This document shows positions 1 through 13,188 of a DNA stretch of 64,000 nt, in pieces. Numbering within the stretch: the stretch's first letter is position 1; every line of letters starts with the position of its first letter. The position numbers and the translations under genes are program-made. The DNA comes from an uncultured Chloroflexia bacterium. Its GTDB lineage: Bacteria; Chloroflexota; Anaerolineae; JAAYZQ01. The stretch covers positions 544,001 through 608,000 of the forward strand of contig CAVOXA010000001.1 of assembly GCA_963700285.1 (NCBI GenBank). Reading direction: 5' to 3'. The notes below the pieces were generated by a model. That model was not told the origin of the DNA, did not search any database, and worked only from the letters and a program-made list of their open reading frames with translations.

Positions 1-38
1 ATTTGAGGGAAGTACCTGGTTGGAACAGGTAGCGGGCC

Positions 39-785
39 ATGCCCTCCTTTCCTGTATGGCATTCTGGGCCACAGATGCCGGCCCTGGGCAATGACGAGGT
101 CCATGTCTGGCGTGCTTTTCTGGACCTGCCAGCGCCACAGGTCTCAAGTCTACAACACACTCTTTCCACAGACGAACTCACCAGGGCTGACCGGTACTAC
201 TTCCGCCAAGTCCGCGAGCGCTTTGTTGTCGGGCGCGGGTTGCTCAGGGCCATACTGAGCAGGTACCTGGGAATGGCAGCGGGCCATCTGCGCTTTTGTT
301 ATGGTCCCAACGGCAAGCCCCATCTGGACAAAGAGACTGGTGGGGAAGTGCTCCGCTTCAACGTGACCCACTGCCAAGGGCTGGCTCTCTATGCCATGGC
401 TAGCGACCGGGAGGTAGGCATCGACGTCGAATACATCCTTCCCGACTTGGCAAGGGAGGAAATCGCGGAGCGGTTCTTCTCACCACGGGAGGTCTCCACC
501 TTGCGCGCGCTGCCAGTGGCAGTGCAGCCCCAAGCCTTTTTCAACTGTTGGACGCGCAAGGAAGCCTATATCAAGGCCAAGGGGGCTGGCCTCTCGCTGC
601 CCCTAGATCAGTTTGACGTATCGCTGGCTCCAGAAGAACCGGCTGCCCTGCTGAGTACCAGGGATGACTCCCAGGAGGCTTCCCGGTGGGCGCTACGGGC
701 GTTGGATCCTGGGCCTGACTATGCTGCAGCCCTTGCTGTAGAAGGCCATGGTTGGCAGCTCAAATGCTGGCAGTGGGAAAGTTGA
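39..785 (+). CDS. Sfp-type 4'-phosphopantetheinyl transferase
   Basis: Motifs GKP, FNVTH, VGIDVE, FFNCWTRKEAYIKAKG. Confidence 0.93.
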   Translation: MPSFPVWHSGPQMPALGNDEVHVWRAFLDLPAPQVSSLQHTLSTDELTRADRYYFRQVRERFVVGRGLLRAILSRYLGMAAGHLRFCYGPNGKPHLDKETGGEVLRFNVTHCQGLALYAMASDREVGIDVEYILPDLAREEIAERFFSPREVSTLRALPVAVQPQAFFNCWTRKEAYIKAKGAGLSLPLDQFDVSLAPEEPAALLSTRDDSQEASRWALRALDPGPDYAAALAVEGHGWQLKCWQWES

Positions 786-877
786 CCAGTCCTTTCAACG
801 ACTCTTTAGGACACTGCGATGTGAGCTTGGAACTGCTGGATGCTGGTCAGATCCAGTATGGTTCTCCATCAAGGACT

Positions 878-906
878 TTGACAGGTTCTCCCTTTGATGT
901 TATACT
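878..906 (+). promoter_or_regulatory. sigma70-type promoter
   Basis: TTGACA (878-883), 17-bp spacer, TG-n-TATACT (901-906). Confidence 0.75.
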
Positions 907-1092
907 GGCGCCGAAAAGTGTGGAGGGATTAGAGGTTTCTTTGAGCATACAACAAGATATCAGATCGGTGGCGTTCGACAACCCTAGCAGTGATCCTCTG
1001 CCGCCAGACTCCCGGTCTGGATAGCTATCGCGCGCCGTCGGTGCCTGCCTCTTAGGCCAGCTCTCCAGACCAGGGGAGGGACTGGTTTTTTT
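907..1092 (+). ncRNA. putative structured leader RNA or small RNA ending in an intrinsic terminator
   Basis: GGCGCCGA (907-914) pairs with TCGGTGCC (1038-1045); hairpin CCAGAC/GTCTGG (1004-1020); GC stem plus T7 at 1056-1092. Family not recognised. Confidence 0.4.
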
Positions 1093-1127
1093 GTTGCGTT
1101 TGGCAGGGATGCTTTACAGAGGAAGAC

Positions 1128-1761
1128 ATGAAAGTCCTGGCCGTAAGCGACAAGGTGGATGAACTACTCTATAGTCCGGCCATCAAGCATCTGTTTGGTG
1201 AAGTAGATCTGGTATTAGGCTGCGGGGATCTGCCTCACTACTACCTGGAGTTCATCACGACCTTGCTGGGCGGGCCGCTGTTCTATGTCATTGGTAACCA
1301 TGCCAACGAGATCAAGCATTCCCATCAGCCCAGGCTCCGGTGGGAATACCCAGGAGGCTGTGTGAACATTGACGGGCGCGTCGTCCAGTCCAAGGGTTTG
1401 CTCGTTGCTGGTCTGGAGGGTTCGATGCGCTACAACGACAGGGAGCACTTTCAGTACCGTGAAGGGGAGATGGCCCGGAAGGCATGGGGCCTGGCTCCCT
1501 CGCTGGTGATGAACAAGCTGTTCCACGGTCGGTATCTGGATATCTTGATCACCCACGCACCGCCCAAAGGCATCCACGACAAGCCGGACCTGTGTCATCA
1601 GGGATTCCGCGCTTTTGTGACGTTCATGGATCGCTTTCGGCCGCGCTATCTGATCCATGGGCACGTACATGTCTACAGCCCGAACGAGACGACGGAGAGC
1701 GTGTATCGGGATACGACCGTAATCAACGCCTATGGCTATCGAACTCTGGAGATAAGTCCTG

Positions 1762-1772
<11 letters not shown>
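1128..1772 (+). CDS. metallophosphoesterase (calcineurin-like)
   Basis: Motifs VSD, GCGD, GNH, THAPP, HGHVH. Confidence 0.9.
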
Positions 1773-3893
<2,121 letters not shown>

Positions 3894-3959
3894 GGGAGAC
3901 CCTACCAAAATAGGGCGGCCAAGTTGCTGTCTGCCGTGGCAAAACCATGGCTTTGGCTC

Positions 3960-3993
3960 AGAGCCCCCTCGTTGAGAGGGGGCTCTTTTTTTT
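3960..3993 (+). terminator. Rho-independent terminator after proS
   Basis: AGAGCCCCCTC-gttga-GAGGGGGCTCT followed by a T-run. Confidence 0.9.
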
Positions 3994-4204
3994 CCCAACA
4001 CCTGGTGTTTCTTGGCGCAGTCCATCTTCATCGTCAGTCTACTTTGCTCCACCCTTGTCGAACCGCATACCATAGACACAGAATACTGTATTTCATCCCC
4101 CTGTTTCTAGTTTCTGTACGCGAAGCTAATATTGTACAGTCCGCCATGAGTGTCCAGTATCCTGCTTTCTATATTAAAATTTCCGGCCTATGACCACATA
4201 ATGC

Positions 4205-4277
4205 TTGACACCAGTACATTAATATGGTATGATTAGTTCAGGATGAATAGCATAGATCAACTACTCAGTACTGAATA
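4205..4277 (+). promoter_or_regulatory. sigma70 promoter plus palindromic operator (site 1)
   Basis: TTGACA 4205-4210, 17 bp, TG-n-TATGAT 4228-4233; operator TACTCAG-TA-CTGAATA 4262-4277. Confidence 0.8.
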
Positions 4278-4314
4278 ATTCTTGACACAGAAATGCTTGC
4301 AAAGGAGCAGTTTC

Positions 4315-5021
4315 ATGAATCATAAAGTTTGAAGGCTTGATCCCCGAAAGCGGAGGCCCATCTCTACCGAGCGACCAGAAAGCGGGAGTCTCCCGCCGGA
4401 CCTTTCTGAAGGTTGGCTTGGGAGGAGGTTTGCTGGTTGCGGTAGGCAGCAGATGGCTCCCTTATTCCCAGGCGCTGGAGCAAGTCGAGAGTGAGTATGT
4501 CCTGATCATCGACCTCAACAAGTGCACCGGCTGTGGCGCCTGCGAGCTGGCCTGCAACCAGCGCAACAACCTCCCCGAGGGCAAGAGCTTCATCCATCGC
4601 TTGCGCAAGGGCGATGACGCCAGATTGCTGGTGTCTTCCGGTCCAGTGCCAGCACTGCCAGGATGCACCTTGCGAGCAAGTATGCCCTGCCAGCGCCACC
4701 TACCATCACCCCAGCGGCGTGGTCCTGGTCAACGATAAGACCTGTGTGGGCTGCAAGTACTGCGCCGTGGCCTGTCCCTACGACGCCCGCGTCTATGACG
4801 AGGAGACAGGCGTGGTGAACAAGTGCTGGCTGTGCCTGGACTGGGTGCTGGGCGGCGGCCAGCCGGCTTGTGTCCAGGCCTGTGTCCAGGGAGCGCGGAT
4901 CTTTGGCCGGCGGGACGATCCCGAGATCGCCGAACTCCTGGCTTCGGGCCGCGCTCAGGCCCTGCATCCCGAATTCGGCACCAAGCCGGGCGTCGTGTAC
5001 TATATCTTTCCCGGCAGCTAG
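4315..5021 (+). CDS. NrfC/PsrB-like 4Fe-4S dicluster protein with TAT signal (frameshifted)
   Basis: SRRTFLK twin-arginine motif; CTGCGACELAC, CQHCQDAPCEQVCP, CVGCKYCAVACPY, KCWLC...PACVQAC. Confidence 0.88.
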
Positions 5022-5048
5022 GCGCAATCGCTGGAACGGAGGTCAACG

Positions 5049-5998
5049 GTGGCTGAACATCATTGGGGCTGGTTGGTCGCAATCTATCTCTTCCTGGGCG
5101 GCATGGGCGCAGGCTCGTTCATCATGGCCTCACTGGTCGAGTTGACCGGCGAGCGATACAAGCACAAATACTGTCCCACGACCATGGTCGGGCGCTGGCG
5201 TCAGCGGCCCGCTGATCCTGATCGGCACGGTCCTGCTCATCTTTGACCTGGGTGCCGGCTTGCGCGAGCCGTGGCGCATCCTCTACATGTTCACCAACTT
5301 CGAGCTCGGTCATGACCTGGGGCATCTGGATCCTGACCCTTTTCCTGCCCATCGCCTTTCTCTATGGGCTCCTGGAGATCATGCACGTCCACCCCGGGAT
5401 CCTGGCCTGGGCGCGCAAGCGGCTGCGCTTCCTGCCCGAGACGCTGCCCTACCGCGGCATCAAGCGTGTGGTGTGCAGCGTGGGCATCGTGCTGGCCGTG
5501 GGCACGGCCATCTATACCGGGGTGCTGCTCAGCGTGGTCAAGGCCGTGCCGCTGTGGAACACGCCGATCCTGCCCGCCCTCTTTCTCGTCTCGGCCATCT
5601 CCACGGGCATGGGCCTGTGCCTTGACCTGTCGGCCACCCTGGCCGTCCCCGAACTCCACCGCCGCTTCAACAACATGCCCCTCGTCCACATGATCCTCAT
5701 CGGGCTGGAGATGGCCCTGCTGGCTCTGCTGCTGATGCACGGCCCTGAACCAGGGCGGAGAGGCGGCCGAATCGGCCCAGCTGATCCTCATCGGGCAATG
5801 GGAGCGTGATCTTCTGGGTGCTGGTCGTCGGCTTTGGCATGTTGTATCCCCTTCATGGTTCACGTCTATGCCTTTGCCCGCAGCAGCCACGGCTACGTCT
5901 CCGGCATCCTGTCAGGAGCGGGGATCGTGATCGCTGGCCTGTTCGTGCGCTACCTGATCGTGGCCGCGGCCATCCCGGTTGGACCTTGGGGTGGCTGA
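5049..5998 (+). CDS. NrfD/PsrC-like polysulfide-reductase membrane anchor (frameshifted)
   Basis: HWGWLVAIYLFLGGMGAG, 'FDLG', 'SVMTWG', 'YTGVLLS..KAVPLWNTPILPALFLVSA'. Confidence 0.88.
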
Positions 5999-6043
5999 GG
6001 CTGGATACCTGCCAGCACGATTTGAACCTCGAAGAGGAGAACA

Positions 6044-7181
6044 ATGAGTCAGAAACTCAGTCTTCGCCGAATCAGAAAGTGGCCACGGTGGACCATCATC
6101 CCCATCGGCCTGGCGCTGGCCGGGCTGGCCATCGTGCTGGGGCTGATGCTGGAGCCGGCGGCCGACGCCCTGAGTCCCGCCACGGTCGAGCCGACGCCCA
6201 CGATGCCGACCATTGCCTACAGCGAGGGCACAAGTCGGACGGCTGCCACGACTGCCACTTTTCGCTGGCGGCACTGCAGGCCAGCGCTGCAGACCCGAGC
6301 ACTGCCGAGACGCTATCTGATCGAGGCCGAGTCGATAGTGACGCCCCACGGCAAGCTGGGCTGCCTGGCCTGCCATGGCGGCGACGGCGAGGCCGCAGGA
6401 CAAGGAGACGGCCCACCAGGGCCTCGTCGCCGACATGAGCGCCCAGGATCCGGAAAAGTGCGTCATCTGCCACGAGGATCTGCCCGACGAGATCCCCAGC
6501 GACCGGCTGCGCGTGCCCCACGGCGACATCGTCGAGCGGCATCGAGCAGGGCGAGCCATGCGACGTCCACTGCAGCGATTGCCACGGCGGCGTGGGCCAC
6601 GGCTTTGACCCGTCTCGGGCGAAAAGTTCTGCTCCATGACCGTCTGCCTGGACTGCCACCAGGAGCAGAAACCTGGAGATCCAGATGGCCGACTGCGATG
6701 CCTGCCACCTCGGCCCGCACGACGTGGCCATCTCGCTCACCTGCAACGACTGCCACACCTCCACTGAAGTGTGGCAGCGAGGTGGACTGCGGCATCCACC
6801 CGTGGCGCTGCCGGGCAAGCATGGCGAGACGGCCTGCTTCCAGTGCCACCAGTATCCCAACTTTAAGGGGCTGAACAACGTCTGCACCGACTGCCACGTG
6901 TCGGGCCACACCGACTGGGGCGATCACGACTGTGCCGAGTGCCACGACCCGGGCGGCACCTGGGACATGACGGCCTCGACCTGGGAAGGCCACGTCGAAC
7001 ACTGGGATCAGTACAAGGGCCAGCACCTCAAGGTGACCTGTGCTGGCTGCCACTTTGAGGGCTACCGACCTCGATCCCAGCTGCACGACCTGCCACACGG
7101 TACCCGAGAGCCACGACGACGGGCGGGCCGAGGATCGACTGCACAGCCTGCCACCAGGCGGACCAGCCGTGGGCGGAATAG
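6044..7181 (+). CDS. membrane-anchored multiheme cytochrome c (~13 CXXCH, frameshifted)
   Basis: N-terminal TM helix; CXXCH motifs spread across frames; paralogous to 23387-24613 (PHG.L.C..CH, RLR.PH, CSDCHGGVGHG). Confidence 0.82.
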
Positions 7182-7231
7182 AGATCAGACAGGCGAAGCT
7201 CTGATCAGCATTGAGGCTGAGAGAGAGACTC

Positions 7232-8690
7232 ATGAGCAAAACAAAGAGGTTGCCGAGTATCATGGGGCTGGCAGTCGTGATAGTGCTGCTTGCTCCTGGC
7301 AGCCCTGGTCGCTGACCGGCTGTGCGCCGAGCCGGCGGCCATCGCCGCCGTGGAGCCGACGGCCACCGCTCTATCCCCCACCGCCGACCGACATCCCTGC
7401 CTCCGCCGCCGGGACCGACGCCGGCGGCCCTGGATTTTCCGCTTGCCGGCTCCCACGCATACGGTCGAGGTGGAGCAGGTGGACGACCAGAACTGCGTGG
7501 ATTGCCACACCGACGAGGAGACGTTAAAGGCCATGGCCACAGAAGGAAGAAGAGCCAGGAAGTCGACTCTGAGGGTGAGGGCTGAGGTGGCTCATTGCCT
7601 CCGTTGGAGGCATGGGAAAAGGTCATCCTCAACCAGGAATCGTTCTTTGAGACGGTGCACGGTCGCTATGGCTGCATCACCTGCCACGGCGGGACCGGCG
7701 ACGCGGTCGACAAAGAGGCGGCCCACGAGGGCATGGTCCGCGAGCCCGCTTCGGCTGAGGCCTGCGGCGACTGCCACCCCGACCAGGTGGCCACCGACGG
7801 CGAACAGCCTGCACACCAACCTGGCTGGCTATACGACCGTGCTGGCTGCCCGCAGCGCACCGGACAAGATGGCCCAACTGGACGTGATGATGGACAACCA
7901 CTGCGACAAGTGCCACACCACCTGCGGCCAATGCCACGTCAGCCGGCCCACGAACCTGGGAGGCGGCCTGGTGGCAGGGCCACGAGTTCAAGGGGATCCC
8001 GCCCATGAACCTGACCTGCACCGGCTGTCACGGCAGCCGCATCGAGAACGAGTACAAGGGCAAGAACGAGGGCGTCAAGGCTGATGTCCACTGGATCAAG
8101 GGCGGCATGCCCTGCTTTGACTGCCACTCGGCCGACGAGATGCACGGGGCCCTGGGCGAGTTCGACCACCGCTACGACGGCCCGCCCACACCAGGCTGCC
8201 AGGATCCGAGCTGCCACCCGACGTGGCGGCCGGCGATGGCATCAGCAGCACACCAGGGTACCACTTTGAGGCGCTGAGCTGCCAGGTGTGCCACTCGACC
8301 ACCTACAAGAACTGCTACAGCTGCCACGTGGCCCTGGAGGATGGTACAGCCTACTTCAAGACCGAACCTTCGGAGATGGCCTTCAAGATCGGGCGCAATC
8401 CGCTCCAGAGCGATGACCGTCCCTGGAAATATGTGCCGGTGCGGCACGTGCCCATCGACCGCGATTCGTTCGCCTACTATGGCGAGGATCTGCTGCCCAA
8501 CTTTGACGCGCTGCCGACCTGGAAGTATGCCACACCGCACAACATCCAGCGCATCACGCCGCAGAACGAGACCTGCAACGCCTGCCATGGCAACGCCGAG
8601 TTCTTCCTGACGGCGGACGACGTGGATCCGGACGAACAGGAGGCCAACAAGGACGTCATCGTCGAGGAGCTGCCGTTCTCGATGCCATAG
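7232..8690 (+). CDS. multiheme cytochrome c lipoprotein with probable selenocysteine at TGA 7583-7585 (copy 1; also indel-frameshifted)
   Basis: Signal peptide with 'LTGC' lipobox-like sequence, PT-rich linker, CVDCH, then EGEG-TGA-GGSLPPLEAWEK in the same frame; 10 CXXCH plus one CX4CH; C-terminal FKIGRNP...VRHVP...WKYATPHNIQR. Confidence 0.82.
7586..7616 (+). promoter_or_regulatory. bacterial SECIS-like hairpin (copy 1)
   Basis: TGCCTCC-GTT-GGAGGCA; the G-initiated apical loop begins 17 nt after the UGA; lower stem CTCAT/ATGGG with a bulged U. Confidence 0.72.
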
Positions 8691-8760
8691 GTCCTGACTC
8701 CCACGGGCGCTAGGAGGCAAGCCCGTGGGGGGCTGAGAAGCCGGAAAGCTGGGAGTAGAA

Positions 8761-10284
8761 GTGATGACGATGCCAGCCACGACCAAAACCGACCTGCTGC
8801 TTCTCGGCCTGTTGCTGGACCGGCCCATGCACGGCTATGAGCTGTACCAGCAGATCCAGGCCGAAGGCATTGACCGCTGGTTCAACATCAGTGCCGCCGG
8901 CGTGTACTACTCTCTGCGCAAATTGCGCGATCAGGGACTGGTGGCCGAATCCCGCCAGCGAGCAGGAGGAAGCGCTCGCAAATCTATCTATCGCTTGACC
9001 GAGAAAGGCCGGATCGCCTTCTTTGAAGCGATGGACGTGGAGCTGGCCAACCGGGATGAGATCTATCTGGACTATGACCTGGCCATCTATCTGTTAAACA
9101 AGTATCCTCTGGTACGGGCACTGTCTCACCTGGAGCAGCGCCAGGCTTTTCTTGAAGAACAGGCTCAAGTGGTGCGGTCAGCCGTGACTGCGGAACGAAA
9201 CAATGGTAGCTCGCCCCTGAAACTGGCCATTCTGGACCACAAGCGCCGGTTCCTGGAGATGGAGCAGAAATGGCTGGCCGACGTCATCCAGAATATTCAG
9301 GAGAACGGTGAAAATTCCGGCGTCGAGGAGGGAGGACGGCGACGTCTAATGGTCCTTAGCGGGGAACTGCGTCACTATCACCTGCCTGACCTGATGCGCC
9401 TCATTGTCTCGGGCCGGCACAGCGGTACGTTGAAGGTCACCGATGGGGCAGAACTCCGCACCCTGAGTTTCGAGGGTGGGCAGCCGGTCTATGCTTCCTA
9501 TGTGCGTGCTGGTGAGCCGCCCGTGGCGCTGCCCTCCTGTGATGAGGTACTGGATGGACTGTGCGATCTGTTTCGCTGGCAGGAGGGCCAGTTTACTTTT
9601 GACCAGCAAACAGACCATGAGGAATGGAGCGTGGCTCTGGAATGCAGCGCTGAGGAACTGATGTTGCGGGGCTGCCGCAAAGTGGACAATTGGGCCATCA
9701 TCCAGAACCTGGTTGCTTCTGGCGATGCCATCTTTGAAGTGGGTTCTGCTGCCAGCACGCTGGAACGTCTGACGCTTCTGCCGGGTGAGGAACGGGTGGT
9801 GGCAGCGGTAGATGGCGTCAAGGACGTGGCGACCGTCGCCCGAGATCTGGATCTGACATTGTTTGAGACCAGCCGGATCTTTTACTGTCTGGCCGCCATT
9901 GGGGTGTTGCGTACCGCCGACCTGGACAAGATCCGCTTGCGGCGCGTCTTTCGAGAGATAGCCGAGCTGATATGTACCAGCACCATCCCCTGGCGTGCTA
10001 GCCCGGATGATAGGGCCTGCGAGGAGGAGGTCAACCATAGGGTTAGGCATTTACCTCTGAGGCTGGAAAACGGACGGATGATAGACCTGGCCGATCCCCA
10101 ACTGGGGATGGAGGAACTGAAAGAGATGTATCTCCAGTTTCTGGTGGACCAGTTCCGGGTCATCAGCCAGCGCTTTGGGCACTCGAACGCCCGTCAAGCT
10201 TTCGAACGGGCTTTGCACCAACTGGCGCCTGAGCTACAGGCAGTGGCCAAGCGCTATGGCTTTGATCGACTGACGATTAACTAG
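8761..10284 (+). CDS. PadR-family regulator fused to DUF4388 (PATAN-like) domain
   Basis: LLLLGLLLDRPMHGYEL...VYYSLRKLRDQGLV...YRLTEKGR wHTH; LSGELRHYHLPDLMRLIVSGRHSGTL...FRWQEGQFTF. Confidence 0.85.
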   Translation: MMTMPATTKTDLLLLGLLLDRPMHGYELYQQIQAEGIDRWFNISAAGVYYSLRKLRDQGLVAESRQRAGGSARKSIYRLTEKGRIAFFEAMDVELANRDEIYLDYDLAIYLLNKYPLVRALSHLEQRQAFLEEQAQVVRSAVTAERNNGSSPLKLAILDHKRRFLEMEQKWLADVIQNIQENGENSGVEEGGRRRLMVLSGELRHYHLPDLMRLIVSGRHSGTLKVTDGAELRTLSFEGGQPVYASYVRAGEPPVALPSCDEVLDGLCDLFRWQEGQFTFDQQTDHEEWSVALECSAEELMLRGCRKVDNWAIIQNLVASGDAIFEVGSAASTLERLTLLPGEERVVAAVDGVKDVATVARDLDLTLFETSRIFYCLAAIGVLRTADLDKIRLRRVFREIAELICTSTIPWRASPDDRACEEEVNHRVRHLPLRLENGRMIDLADPQLGMEELKEMYLQFLVDQFRVISQRFGHSNARQAFERALHQLAPELQAVAKRYGFDRLTIN

Positions 10285-10320
10285 GCAGTACTTTCTCCAA
10301 ACCCTGGAAGGAGGAACATT

Positions 10321-10722
10321 ATGGCAACGGATCAGAAGGGTGGAAATGGTTGGACGGGGCTTATGCGCTGGACAGCGCGGATCTTGGCTCTGATCGTGGG
10401 CGGTCTCTTTGCGTACTTTGCGGTCGAGTTCGGCGCAAAGGCATTCTCCAGTCTGTCTCTAACTAGCGCTCAGGGCCTGCCTCTGCTGCTTGGCTTGCTG
10501 GTGGCGATCCTGGGCACCCTCATCGCCTGGCGCTGGGAGCTGGTTGGCGGTGTGATGGCCGTGGCTGGTGCGGTTGTCGTCATGGCCCTAGTCTGCGTAG
10601 GGTCGGGCCTTGACATGCTGTACTGTGCTTTCCTGTTCACACTGCCCCTGCTGACGGCTGGCGTCCTATACCTGGGCTGCTGCTGGCAGACGAGGCAGAC
10701 CAGGTCTTTGCACAGCGCATAG
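10321..10722 (+). CDS. small 4-TM membrane protein (paralog 1)
   Basis: RBS GGAGG; hydrophobic; RWTARIL...AWRWELVGG...LYLGCCW. Confidence 0.8.
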   Translation: MATDQKGGNGWTGLMRWTARILALIVGGLFAYFAVEFGAKAFSSLSLTSAQGLPLLLGLLVAILGTLIAWRWELVGGVMAVAGAVVVMALVCVGSGLDMLYCAFLFTLPLLTAGVLYLGCCWQTRQTRSLHSA

Positions 10723-10880
10723 TGTACGGGCTGGGTGAGAGATGGTTCCAAGCCAGTCTGGGATTGGTGTCGGCCATCCCAGCAGGCGATGGCCAGGCGC
10801 CATGGTTGTGACTGGCCAAAGGCTGTTAGAACGGTGTGTATATGTATACTCTGTCTTGAACGTGAAAAAGGAGGTTAATC

Positions 10881-11282
10881 GTGGCAAAGGTTGAGAGATG
10901 TGACAGTGGTTGGACGACGGCCATGCGCTGGACTGCCCGTATCCTGGCTCTGATTGCGGTCGGACTCTTTGTGTACTTTGCCGTTGAGTTCGGCACCAAG
11001 GTCTTTCCGTCGCTGGCTTGGACCAATCCGCAAGGGATCCCGCTCCTGATCGCCCTGGTATTGGCGCTGGCGGGGGTCATCATTGCCTGGCGGTGGGAGC
11101 TGATCGGGGGCATGATCGCGGTCGGTTGCTCTGCAGCGATCATCGCCCTGGTCTGCGCAGGGTCGGGTATGGACATGCTCCTCTGCGCCCTCTACTTTAC
11201 TCTGCCGCTTTTGCTGGCTGGTGTTCTGTACCTGGTTTGCTGCTGGCGGACTAGAAGGGCGTCTCAGTCACAGAGTGCATAG
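10881..11282 (+). CDS. small 4-TM membrane protein (paralog 2)
   Basis: RBS AGGAGG; same length (133 aa) and motifs as 10321-10722. Confidence 0.8.
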   Translation: MAKVERCDSGWTTAMRWTARILALIAVGLFVYFAVEFGTKVFPSLAWTNPQGIPLLIALVLALAGVIIAWRWELIGGMIAVGCSAAIIALVCAGSGMDMLLCALYFTLPLLLAGVLYLVCCWRTRRASQSQSA

Positions 11283-11364
11283 ACACCCGGAGGAAAGGAA
11301 GCGACACGACGGGCAGGAGCATCTTGCTGGCTGCCAAGATTGGTCGCGGGCGCAAATAGCGCGC

Positions 11365-11958
11365 CTAGGGGTGCAGATGCTGGTCCAGATGTTGGTGTCT
11401 TTCCTCAAACATCTGCATGACTAGCAGGAACTTGACCGGGCGGTCATTTACATTCTGCCAGCGGTGGGGTAGATCAGCGTGGAAAAGCAGGGCATCACCC
11501 GCTGAGAGGTGGTGGTGCTCGCCATCGATCTCATAATCAAGTTCACCCTCGAGGCAGAAGACCAACTCGTGTCCGGAATGGACCATTACTCTTTTTCCAC
11601 TGCTGGCACCGGCCTCCATGGTGACCATGAAGGGGTCGCATGCCTGCTGCTCCAGGCCATAGCCGATGCTTTCCAGGACGACGCTGGCGCTTCCGGAGCG
11701 AGCACGCGCGCCAGCCCGAGTGAGGATAACCCCCTTTTTCTCCACTGGTCCTGTGAAGAATGACGTGATGGGTACCCCCAGGGCCATGGCCAGACGGTGC
11801 AGGGTGGATACGCTGGGAGAAGTCACGCCTCGTTCGATCAGGCTGATAGTATTGGGTGAAAGATCGCAGAGTTCGGCTAACGCGCGCAGCGAAAGACCGC
11901 GCTGGCCACGCAGTTCCTTCAAATACGTCCCAACGTCCGGGGTTTGTTGTTCGCTCAT
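11365..11958 (-). CDS. XRE-family HTH plus cupin transcriptional regulator
   Basis: LRGQRGLSLRALAE...ISLIERG..SPSV; cupin H-S-G-H-E...PHRWQN. Confidence 0.9.
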   Translation of the reverse strand: MSEQQTPDVGTYLKELRGQRGLSLRALAELCDLSPNTISLIERGVTSPSVSTLHRLAMALGVPITSFFTGPVEKKGVILTRAGARARSGSASVVLESIGYGLEQQACDPFMVTMEAGASSGKRVMVHSGHELVFCLEGELDYEIDGEHHHLSAGDALLFHADLPHRWQNVNDRPVKFLLVMQMFEERHQHLDQHLHP

Positions 11959-11981
11959 CGTGGTTCTCTCCTGGAAGTGAT

Positions 11982-13188
11982 CTACCTCAATCCAGGATTA
12001 TACCACGGCTGTGCGTAGGGACCGGAAAGGCTACCGCTCGGAGATTGGCCGGTAGTGCGACGCGCATCCGGCAGGGTCTCAAAACTGACATCCCGTAGCA
12101 AGCCCAACACCAGGTTATTGATAGCGGCCATCGCTTGTGCTCCTTGGCCCTTCAATCTGCAGCGATCCTCTTTTAGGGTATCATCGCGACGGAAATGAAG
12201 CCCGTTTTCAATGCCCAATGACCACGATTAAGCGCTAACAGTCGGTCCGCATTCGCCTCATCTCTTGTCAGGCTGCTTACGCCATACGAGACTTCCTGGA
12301 AGACCTTGTCATCCGAGGTGCGTACAAAATGGCGTTCTAGACGGAAGACCTGCTCGCAATCAGGCCACTTTACATACTCCTTCAGCATGCTACTGCTGGT
12401 CAGGGTTCGTCGTTCCCGGCGGCCATGTCCTTTTCCATGAGTGGTTGCCGTCTGGAAATCTTTGTGACACGGACTGAATCCACCGGTGCACATTTCGGGC
12501 TCAAACAAGGTTTCGATGTCTCGTTTCAACTGCCCCTGATTGTCCTTCACCCTCCAGACATAGTCCCCACCATCTTCCACTATCGCCATCGATAGCTCCC
12601 GCTGCGTCAACAATGCGTCGCCGGTCACTACTTTTCCTCGCAAATCAAGCTGTTTGATGGCTCGCATGGCGGCTGGAATCTCGTTTTCGTGGCTACCCAC
12701 CTCGACCTGAAACGCGACCCAGCCCTCTTCCGGCAAATATGCGCTTAGTAGATGAACACCTCTAGTTTTACCCTCCGGGATCGTGGCCCGCATCGTCTTG
12801 CCATCCAGATTGATCAGAATGCTTTGTCCTGTCCCCGGCTGCTCCTGAAAGAAATCACGGACTACTTGTTCAAAGGCATCAATGTCTATTGCCTTGTTCA
12901 GAACGCGGCTGTACGTCGTGGCGTGTGGTGCTCGCGCCTTGGACAGCCCCAGGGCCTCGGCCAAAACCTCTTTGCGGAGCGCTACCCACTGTGCAATCCC
13001 GCGTAGATGGTCTTCTCCACTCAGCTTGGCCAGGACGATGAATACCAATACGGTCACCAAGGTGAGCGCAGCCCGCGCGCATCACGTCGATCCTGGAGCT
13101 CGGCCAAGGCGGCGAACAAACTGTCCAAATCAATGACGAGTCCTTCGGGCCTCAGATTGACATCGAACGAAAGCGGAATATACTTCAT
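11982..13188 (-). mobile_element. ISAs1-family transposase (frameshifted)
   Basis: DRRDARG, IVLAKLSG, LDGKTMR, HLLSAY, ENEIPAA, VTGDALLTQ, VKDNQ, RGHW.IEN.LH..RD...EDRCR; RBS AGGAGG before the ATG at 13188. Confidence 0.9.

Noticed and set aside
907-1092. T-box leader for proS
   Set aside because: No GGTGGnACCGCG T-box consensus, and two other genes intervene.
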